A program made the position numbers and the translations under genes. Of a stretch of DNA of 64,000 nt, positions 40,961-48,513 are shown piece by piece; within the stretch, counting starts at the first letter, position 1, and each line of letters begins with the position of its first letter. Origin of the DNA: Patescibacteria group bacterium (GTDB taxonomy: Bacteria > Patescibacteriota > Minisyncoccia > JAHIHE01 > JAGLIN01); contig JARGGI010000002.1 in NCBI GenBank assembly GCA_029210775.1, positions 76,478 through 140,477 of the forward strand. The letters run 5' to 3'. The notes beneath the pieces are model-generated. The model did not search any database and had not been told where the DNA came from. It was given only the letters and a program-made list of their open reading frames with translations.

Positions 40961-41039
40961 ATAAAAAAATTAATAATAATTTAGAATGACAAATTAAGAT
41001 GATAAAATTATTCTAATTATTGTGGCTACTAACCTTCTT

Positions 41040-41163
41040 TGTTATTACGAAAAGCATCAGCAACAAAGCAATCTCTTGCTTTCGTTCTATCGATAAAATG
41101 TAAAATAACTTTTGATTTGTTTTTATAGCTCTGAGATTGCTTCGCTGATGCTCGCAATGACAG
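41040..41163. repeat. Palindromic element copy
   Basis: tgttattacga..aaagcaatctc ... gagattgcttcgctgatgctcgcaatgaca. Confidence 0.8.
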
Positions 41164-41220
41164 ATTTTTAGGATAAACGTTTTTTAGAATAACTGAGTAA
41201 TTACTAATTGTTTTGCATTT

Positions 41221-42294
41221 TTATTTTCCAATAATTACTTCCTGCGTCGGATATGGAATTTTTATCCCCTCTTTTTTAAATCTTCTATAAATTTCTTCAT
41301 TAATTTTTGTTTTTACGGAAAATTTCTTCTTAGGACTATCAACCCAAACTATTACCAAAAATTCTAATCCATAATCTCCTAATTCAGTAAAATATACGGA
41401 AGGCTCTGGTTTTTTTTCAACCCCTTCAATGTTCTCTGCAACAGCAAGAAGAGTTTCTTTAACTTTATCAATATCAGAACCATAGGCAACTTTTACTGTC
41501 ACCTTTTCTTTAATTTTTGATGCAGGTTGATTATAATTTATAATTTTGGAACTGGCAATAATATTATTTGGGATTACAACGACAGTTTCATCAAAAGTTT
41601 TTATTCTTGTTGATCTTATCCCAATTTCAAGAACATCTCCAATTTCTCCACTTTCAATCTGAACTCTATCTCCCACTCTAAAAGGCTTGTCAAAATAAAT
41701 TGAAATTCCACCAAACAAATGCGAGATTGTATCCTGAGCTGCAAAGGCAATTACAAATCCTGCAATTCCAGCTGAAGCTAAAAGCGGAGTAATATCTATA
41801 TTCCACATTTTAAGCAAAAACATTATGCCTGCAAAAAAGATAATTATATTACTTAATTTTTGAAATAGAGGCATAAGTTCGTCATCTAGTGTGGATTTTG
41901 TTTTTTCAGCAAATTTAAATCCGAGTTCAGAAATTATCACATTTACAAGCTTTGATATTGCATAAATCCAAATTAAAATCGCAATGGATTTGATTATTAG
42001 AGAAAAATCATCAGAATATCTTGTAAGAATACCAATGTAATTAAATGCTTGATAAACACCCAAGAGAACGACTGAGTAGAAAATTGGCATATTTAATATT
42101 TTCATAATTTTGTCATCTGTATCATTCTTTGTTTTTACTGTCAAAAACTTAAATACCTTGTTAAATAGAAAATTTGTAATTTGAGCAAGAATGAAAAAGA
42201 CAATCAAGATTATCAAAGCAACAACATATGAAGCAATGTTTATTCCTGTATACATACCTAATGTTTGGTTTAATTGTGCGAAATAGTCAATCAT
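41221..42294 (-). CDS. MscS-family mechanosensitive channel
   Basis: LLASAGIAGFVIAFAAQD, DKPFRVGD, IGIRST, IPN, IPYP. Confidence 0.92.
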   Translation of the reverse strand: MIDYFAQLNQTLGMYTGINIASYVVALIILIVFFILAQITNFLFNKVFKFLTVKTKNDTDDKIMKILNMPIFYSVVLLGVYQAFNYIGILTRYSDDFSLIIKSIAILIWIYAISKLVNVIISELGFKFAEKTKSTLDDELMPLFQKLSNIIIFFAGIMFLLKMWNIDITPLLASAGIAGFVIAFAAQDTISHLFGGISIYFDKPFRVGDRVQIESGEIGDVLEIGIRSTRIKTFDETVVVIPNNIIASSKIINYNQPASKIKEKVTVKVAYGSDIDKVKETLLAVAENIEGVEKKPEPSVYFTELGDYGLEFLVIVWVDSPKKKFSVKTKINEEIYRRFKKEGIKIPYPTQEVIIGK

Positions 42295-42431
42295 AGTTAT
42301 TTGTTAATTTTTATGCTTTTATTATAGCAGAAATTCAAGATTTTAAAAGAGTAAACTTATTATATTTATGATTATTGACATAAAAATCAGTTTTGGTAAT
42401 CTTATAATCAGCATTACAAGGAGAGATTGAA

Positions 42432-42695
42432 TTGAAAAGAAAAATAAAAAAAATTAAAACTATATTCCTGGTGTTACTCATAATCACAGCAATATTGTTT
42501 TTTTGGATAAATAATGACTCTTTCTTGAAACCTAAGCACCAAGAAAATAATAATGCAGACGAACCAAAATTTGAAGCTGTATTTGCAGTTATAGGATTGC
42601 TTGCAGTTGCATATCTTGTTCTTGGTAATAGAAGTGATGAAAAAAATGATAAAGAAATATATCAAAAAGATCCAAATAACAAAGGACATGGATAA
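42432..42695 (+). CDS. Small two-TM protein carrying an archaeal PGF-CTERM-like segment
   Basis: TTGACA promoter near 42375, AAGGAG SD, TTG start; EPKFEAVFAVIGLLAVAYLVLGNR; hairpin ggacatgga/tctatgtct plus T-tract at the stop. Confidence 0.7.
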   Translation: MKRKIKKIKTIFLVLLIITAILFFWINNDSFLKPKHQENNNADEPKFEAVFAVIGLLAVAYLVLGNRSDEKNDKEIYQKDPNNKGHG

Positions 42696-42837
42696 AATTC
42701 TATGTCTTGTTTTTTTAGATAAAAACTAAAAATAAATCTCAATATTATATTATATTTTTCCTTCTTTTACATTTTTACTTTATTGTTGACCTAAATATAA
42801 TTATAAAGTAAGCTTTAAAAGGACATAAGATATAAAT

Positions 42838-42921
42838 TGTCATTGTAAGCGAAGCGTGGCAATCCTATAATTAATATCCTTACACATAGTTTTAGTGTTG
42901 CTTCATAACTTACTCCTGACA
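42838..42921. repeat. Decayed palindromic element
   Basis: tgtcattgtaagcgaagcgtggcaatcc ... ttgcttc..tgaca. Confidence 0.6.
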
Positions 42922-42962
42922 AAAATATTTCTCAATATAAATAACCACTTAATACTAATTTT

Positions 42963-44033
42963 ATGGGATTTTCTGTAGGAATAGTAGGACTGCCTAATGT
43001 CGGCAAATCAACACTATTCAAAACTCTAACAAAAAAAGAGATTGATATATCAAATTATCCATTTTGCACAATCGACCCAAATGTTGGGATTGTGAAAGTT
43101 CCCGACGAAAGATTGCAAATATTGTCTGAATTTTCAAAAAGTAAAAAGATAATACCAACGGCTATTGAATTTGTTGATATTGCTGGACTAGTTAAAGACG
43201 CACATAAGGGCGAGGGACTTGGAAATAAATTTCTTTCAAATATTCGAGAAGTGGATATGATAGTTCATATTATACGCGGTTTTGAAGATAGTAATATCAC
43301 TCACGTTAGTGGAAAAACAGATCCAAAAAATGACATGGAAATAATTAATCTTGAGCTCATTCTCGCTGATCTAGAAACAATTAACAAAGGATTAGAAAAA
43401 ATAAAAAGAGATGTCAGAGCAGGAAAAAAAGAAGCAATTGAACTTCAAAGCGTACTTGAAAAATATAGACTGGCGCTTGAAAATGAAAAATTTGCAAATA
43501 TTGTTGAATTAAACAGGAACGAAAGAAAAATTATCAAGGGACTTCAACTTCTAACAAATAAGCCAGTTTTTTTTATTGTGAACGTCAATGAAAACCAAAA
43601 AATAGATAAAGAAAAAATCTTACCTGAAATTGAAAACAAAATTTTTATTCCCATTAAATTTGAACTAGACCTATCAGAACTTTCCCCTGAAGAAGTTCAA
43701 GAATTTAAAGCAGAAACAAAATTAGATGAAAATATTTCCAGCTTAGATGACCTAATAACCAAATGTTACAATTTACTTGGATTAATAACATTTTTAACAA
43801 CAGGTGAAGACGAAACTCGCGCCTGGACAGTCAAAAAAAATTCCACCGCTCCTGAGGCCGGTCGTGCTATTCACGGTGATTTTGAAGAAAAGTTTATCCG
43901 CGCCTCTGTCATTAATTGGCAAAAATTATTAGATTCTGGCTCTTGGCAAAACGCTGTTGAAAAAGGGCTTCTCCGAACCGAGGGCAAAGAATATATTGTC
44001 CAAGATGGAGATGTAATTGAATATAAAATATAG
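42963..44033 (+). CDS. ychF: Ribosome-binding ATPase YchF
   Basis: GIVGLPNVGKST, NYPFCTIDPN, DIAGLV, GEGLGNKFL, EGKEYIVQDGD. Confidence 0.97.
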   Translation: MGFSVGIVGLPNVGKSTLFKTLTKKEIDISNYPFCTIDPNVGIVKVPDERLQILSEFSKSKKIIPTAIEFVDIAGLVKDAHKGEGLGNKFLSNIREVDMIVHIIRGFEDSNITHVSGKTDPKNDMEIINLELILADLETINKGLEKIKRDVRAGKKEAIELQSVLEKYRLALENEKFANIVELNRNERKIIKGLQLLTNKPVFFIVNVNENQKIDKEKILPEIENKIFIPIKFELDLSELSPEEVQEFKAETKLDENISSLDDLITKCYNLLGLITFLTTGEDETRAWTVKKNSTAPEAGRAIHGDFEEKFIRASVINWQKLLDSGSWQNAVEKGLLRTEGKEYIVQDGDVIEYKI

Positions 44034-44035
44034 AC

Positions 44036-44075
44036 ATGTATAACTTTTTTCACGGCCGTGAGAAAAGTTATACAT
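44036..44075. terminator. Near-perfect 40-bp palindrome after ychF (terminator or REP-like)
   Basis: atgtataacttttttcacg-gc-cgtgagaaaagttatacat. Confidence 0.65.
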
Positions 44076-44455
44076 TTTTTAGAGTGAAGTTGTTGATTTG
44101 TTATATTGTCATATTTAGATAATATTTCAAAAGATACAACAAAAAATTTCGACCATAAACATATATGATCATAAATGTTATATAGGGTTTTATTTGTAAG
44201 ATTTAAGAATCCTTTATTATGCTATCACTTGCACAAGATGAAAAAAATATTTTTTTTCGCTAAAAATAGCTATTTATAAAAAATGTTTTAAAAATTATTT
44301 TCTCTTATGATTTTATGTTAGCATATTAATATAAACCTCCTTCTCTGTGATAATTATGTGATAAGATATATAGTTGTTTAATTAGATAGATTATATATAT
44401 CACCATGGATTATAAGTATATTACTATGTTTAAAAAAAAATTAAAAGATATGATA

Positions 44456-44617
44456 TTATTTGTTTTGAAGATACCCAACGTTTTGCAGGGCATCCTCGTT
44501 AAATCTGCAAACCATCCCAGGAGAAAATTCCAATATTCTAATAAAGTTAATCAACTGTCCAAATAGAACATTTCTAAATAATTTAAAAGAGGACATTTCT
44601 ATTTCACCTTTACACAT
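44456..44617 (-). CDS. Putative 53-aa small ORF below the track cut-off
   Basis: AAGGAGG-ttt-ATG; MCKGEIEMSSFKLFRNVLFGQLINFIRILEFSPGMVCRFNEDALQNVGYLQNK. Confidence 0.35.
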   Translation of the reverse strand: MCKGEIEMSSFKLFRNVLFGQLINFIRILEFSPGMVCRFNEDALQNVGYLQNK

Positions 44618-44772
44618 AAACCTCCTTCCCTTGCCAAGAACAAAACATTATGATAATATAAAAACACTTAAAGATATATGGTGTATACATAGATTATACA
44701 TCCAAAGGTCCATATATATCTGTGTTTTTTGTGTCAAATTAAACAAATTTAATTAATATAACGAAATAATAA

Positions 44773-45591
44773 ATGAAAAATTACGAAATACTTTATATTT
44801 TGCCCTCAACAATGACAGGCAAGGAAATAAAATCAAATTTTTTGGAAATTGAAAAAGAGGTTGAAAATTTAGGAGGAAAAAAACTTGAAACTTTACTTGA
44901 TCACCCTTTCTTATTAAAGACAGAAATTTCAAAAGAAGAAGATTCAGAAGAGTTAAAAGGACTACCAGTTATAAAAAGGAAATTGGCATATGTCATAAAA
45001 AAAAATCGTTTTGGGTTTTATTGTCTTTTTAATTTTTCTGCGGAAGAAAAAAGCATAAAAGAAATTGACAACTATTTAAGAATGAATAATAATATCTTAA
45101 GATATATAATGTTGCAAATAGATCCAATGAATGCTGAAAACCTAAAACAACTTCAAAAGCTTTTTGCAAGAAAAAAAGCTGAACAAGATAAAAATGAAGG
45201 AAAGAAGGATAATGTTCAAGAAGCAAGAAGAACAACGCGCGAAGAAAGGGTTATAAAAGTTTCAGAGGAGAAAAAAAGAGTTGAAGATCCTAAAGCAGAA
45301 ACATTAACGAAATCTAAAGAAACAAAAAAAGAAATAATTGAAGAAAAAGAAGTTAAAACCAAAGAACTTAAAGTTAAAGAAGAAATGGCAATTTCGAAAA
45401 TTAAACCTCCAATGAAAATTGAAGAAAAAGTTGAGAAAAAGAAAGAAGAACCAAAGGAAGTTGTTAAAGAAAAAGAAACCAAAAAAGAAAAAGTTGAATC
45501 TAAAGACAAGACTTTAGATAAGAAAAAGAAAGTAAGACTTGAGGATCTGGAAGAAAAACTTGATGAAATTCTTGAAGATACAATGCTTTAA
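44773..45591 (+). CDS. rpsF: 30S ribosomal protein S6 with an internal insertion and a long charged tail
   Basis: YEILYIL, KRKLAYVIKK..FGFY, ILRY; position before ssb-rpsR. Confidence 0.9.
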   Translation: MKNYEILYILPSTMTGKEIKSNFLEIEKEVENLGGKKLETLLDHPFLLKTEISKEEDSEELKGLPVIKRKLAYVIKKNRFGFYCLFNFSAEEKSIKEIDNYLRMNNNILRYIMLQIDPMNAENLKQLQKLFARKKAEQDKNEGKKDNVQEARRTTREERVIKVSEEKKRVEDPKAETLTKSKETKKEIIEEKEVKTKELKVKEEMAISKIKPPMKIEEKVEKKKEEPKEVVKEKETKKEKVESKDKTLDKKKKVRLEDLEEKLDEILEDTML

Positions 45592-45626
45592 GCTTATTTA
45601 AATAATTTAAATGATAACTTAAAAAT

Positions 45627-46097
45627 ATGAATTTCAATAAAACAATAATAGTTGGTAGAATAACAAAAGATCCCGAAACAAGGACTACCCCAAATGGCCA
45701 AACAGTTGCTTCAATTGGAGTCGCTACTAACAGAGTATGGAACACAAATGGCGGAGAGAGACAAGAAAAAGTTGAATACCATAGTATTGTTGCATGGGGA
45801 AAACTTGCTGAAATATGCGGTCAATATCTTTCAAAAGGACAGTTAGTTTTATTTGAAGGAAGATTAGAAACAAGAACTTGGGAAGGACAAGACGGAGTAA
45901 AGAGATCTAAGACTGAAATTATTGCTGAAAATATGCAAATGGGACCAAGAACAAAGTCTCAAGGAGAAGAATCATTCCAACAAAATGAAGAAAGATCAAA
46001 TAAAGACAATGTAGATCAAAAACAAACCAAAGAACAATCTGAAGTTAAAAGTTCATCCGATGACGAAGAAATAAAAATAGAAGATATCCCCTTCTAA
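45627..46097 (+). CDS. ssb: Single-stranded DNA-binding protein
   Basis: NK..IVGRIT.DPE, WGKLAE, C-terminal DIPF. Confidence 0.97.
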   Translation: MNFNKTIIVGRITKDPETRTTPNGQTVASIGVATNRVWNTNGGERQEKVEYHSIVAWGKLAEICGQYLSKGQLVLFEGRLETRTWEGQDGVKRSKTEIIAENMQMGPRTKSQGEESFQQNEERSNKDNVDQKQTKEQSEVKSSSDDEEIKIEDIPF

Positions 46098-46127
46098 AAA
46101 TGATAAATAATATAATAAAATCACACT

Positions 46128-46352
46128 ATGAATCAAAATATTATACAACCAAAGAAACAGTGTCTTTTCTGCATTGAAAAGGAGAGAAATGTGGACTATA
46201 AAGACCCTCAAACACTAAGAAGATTTGTAAGTCAACGTGCCAAAGTTTTACAACCCAAAAGAACTGGTGCTTGCACAAAACATCAAAGACATGTTGCAAA
46301 CGCAATCAAAAGAGCGAGATTTATGGGATTACTTCCTTATGTTTCAAAATAA
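46128..46352 (+). CDS. rpsR: 30S ribosomal protein S18 (Zn-binding type)
   Basis: CLFC, DYKD, TGACTKHQR, AIKRAR..GLLPY. Confidence 0.96.
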   Translation: MNQNIIQPKKQCLFCIEKERNVDYKDPQTLRRFVSQRAKVLQPKRTGACTKHQRHVANAIKRARFMGLLPYVSK

Positions 46353-46366
46353 CAATAATTCAAATC

Positions 46367-46402
46367 AAAAAAATATACCAATTCAAAGATTGGTATATTT
46401 TT
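46367..46402. terminator. Bidirectional terminator
   Basis: aaaaaaatataccaat-tcaaag-attggtatattttt. Confidence 0.75.
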
Positions 46403-46450
46403 TATTCTAAAATAATTTAATACAAGCACTAGACTGGCTTATTTGATTTT

Positions 46451-46592
46451 CTTTAAATTACGAAATAACTAAATTTGTCATAGTGAGCTTGTCGAACTAT
46501 GATAAATTTGATGCATTTTCCACTATTCGACAAGCCTGTCTGCCGACAGGCAGGCTCAGGGTGACAAGTATATTGAATTTCGTAATTTAAGG
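46451..46592. mobile_element. MITE copy 1 (142 bp) with a nested 20-bp hairpin
   Basis: 16-bp TIRs ctttaaattacgaaat/atttcgtaatttaagg; flanks tgatttt/taatttt; near-identical to 58976-59097 plus 20 bp. Confidence 0.8.
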
Positions 46593-46601
46593 TAATTTTA
46601 A

Positions 46602-47633
46602 TTATCCTTGTGCAATCTCAATTTTAACTGATTCTTTAATTTTCTTGATAATTTCCTCTGTTATTTTTGGATTTTCTTTTAAAAATTTTCTACTTGCTTC
46701 ATATCCCTGTCCAAGTTTATGTTCTCCATAATTATACCAAGCACCACCCTTTTTTATTATTTCATATTTGACTCCAGTATTTAAAACATCTCCATAATAA
46801 GCAATTCCTTCATTATACATAATATCAAATTCAGTAGTTTTAAACGGCGCAGCAATTTTATTTTTCGCAATTTTTGCCTTTACCCTATTTCCTATTATAT
46901 TTTCACCTTGTTTAATTTGCGCAGATTTTCTAACTTCAATTCTGACAGATGAATAAAATTTAAGAGCATTCCCACCTGTAGTTGTTTCGGGATTTCCGAA
47001 CACAACCCCAATTTTCATTCTTATTTGATTGATAAAAATCACAGTTACATTTGATTTGTGAACGATTCCAGCAAGTTTTCGAAGAGCTTGACTCATAAGC
47101 CTTGCCTGAAGACCCATATGAGAAGCTCCCATTTCTCCTTCAATCTCGGCTCTTGGCGTGAGAGCTGCAACAGAATCAATTACAACCAAATCAACCGCAC
47201 TAGACCTAACAAGAGCTTCAACAATTTCTAAAGCCTGTTCCCCGCTATCTGGCTGTGAAATTATTAAATCATTTATTTTTACTCCAATTTTTTTGGCATA
47301 TTCAGGATCAAGCGCATGCTCAGCATCAATAAAAGCAGCGGTTCCTTTCATTTTCTGTAACTCTGAAACCACATGCAAAGACAAGGTTGTTTTCCCACTT
47401 GATTCTGGACCATAAATCTCCAATATTCTTCCTTTTGGAATTCCTCCTCCAAGAGCAATATCAAGCGATATTGATCCTGTTGGAATAAATTCAATATCCA
47501 TTGCTCTTGCTTCTCCAAGTTTCATTATTGACCCTTCACCGAATCTACTTTTAATGTCGTCTAACGCCTCTTTTACTAATTTTTCTTTTTCTGTTTTTTC
47601 TGTATTATCCTTTTTTGTATCTTCTTTTGTCAT
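46602..47633 (-). CDS. recA: Recombinase RecA
   Basis: [35 protein letters not shown]. Confidence 0.99.
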   Translation of the reverse strand: MTKEDTKKDNTEKTEKEKLVKEALDDIKSRFGEGSIMKLGEARAMDIEFIPTGSISLDIALGGGIPKGRILEIYGPESSGKTTLSLHVVSELQKMKGTAAFIDAEHALDPEYAKKIGVKINDLIISQPDSGEQALEIVEALVRSSAVDLVVIDSVAALTPRAEIEGEMGASHMGLQARLMSQALRKLAGIVHKSNVTVIFINQIRMKIGVVFGNPETTTGGNALKFYSSVRIEVRKSAQIKQGENIIGNRVKAKIAKNKIAAPFKTTEFDIMYNEGIAYYGDVLNTGVKYEIIKKGGAWYNYGEHKLGQGYEASRKFLKENPKITEEIIKKIKESVKIEIAQG

Positions 47634-47685
47634 AATTTTATTCTAATAAATTAATTAACTTTTTCTAACATATTGAAACCATGCT

Positions 47686-48483
47686 CTATGGTCCTATAAA
47701 TTCAATATTTTCTATTGAATCTAAACTCTCTTCTATCGCAATATCTTTTTGCTCTTCTTCTGTTTTATTTATGTTAGTTGGGACAGATTCAAATGTTTTT
47801 TTATAAATTATATTCCTAATTCTTGTGTCAGATTTATTAAATCTATTCACGGCCTCAATATTAAGAATATTATTTCCAGGTTTTAACAAAATTATCTCAC
47901 TAAAATATCCTTCAGAATCAACAAAAACATCCTCACCGTTTATTTTTATGACTGCTTCTTTTTCTGTTTGTCCGGCAACTTCAATTTCCGATGTCTCTGA
48001 TATCATATCTTCAACTGGACTTGAAATAAAAAGATATGGCACTGAATTAAAAGAACTTATCTGATACCATAAATAATAACCAATTATAAGTAAAAAAAAT
48101 AAGCTGAAGAAAACAGTTAATATCTTTGGAGTTATTATTACATACTTAGAAATAAACAAATCTTTCTTTTTCTTTTTCTTTTTTGGATTCTTCTTATTTT
48201 CAATTTTGTTTCCAATTGCTCTTTCTGTGCCATATAATCTTGCCATTTTTTCTGGATCAAATCCAACATACTTAGAATAGCTTTTGACAAAACCCTTAAC
48301 ATAAACATCTGGAGGAAGTTTGTTATAATTATTCTCTTCAAGATCTTCAATGTAGCTGATTCTTATCTTTAACTTTTCGCTAATTTGTTTGATAGAAATC
48401 CCCATTTCTTCCCTTTTCTTTTTTAGATATTCACCAACAGTAATATTACTATATATTTTTTTAGTTTTAAATCTAGTCAGCAT
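47686..48483 (-). CDS. RodZ-like HTH membrane protein with a C-terminal Ig-like domain
   Basis: VGEYLKKKRE..ISEKLKI..LP.VYVKGF HTH, TM, beta-rich tail. Confidence 0.8.
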   Translation of the reverse strand: MLTRFKTKKIYSNITVGEYLKKKREEMGISIKQISEKLKIRISYIEDLEENNYNKLPPDVYVKGFVKSYSKYVGFDPEKMARLYGTERAIGNKIENKKNPKKKKKKKDLFISKYVIITPKILTVFFSLFFLLIIGYYLWYQISSFNSVPYLFISSPVEDMISETSEIEVAGQTEKEAVIKINGEDVFVDSEGYFSEIILLKPGNNILNIEAVNRFNKSDTRIRNIIYKKTFESVPTNINKTEEEQKDIAIEESLDSIENIEFIGP

Positions 48484-48513
48484 ATTTATTCAAAATTATA
48501 TTTTTATTGACTA

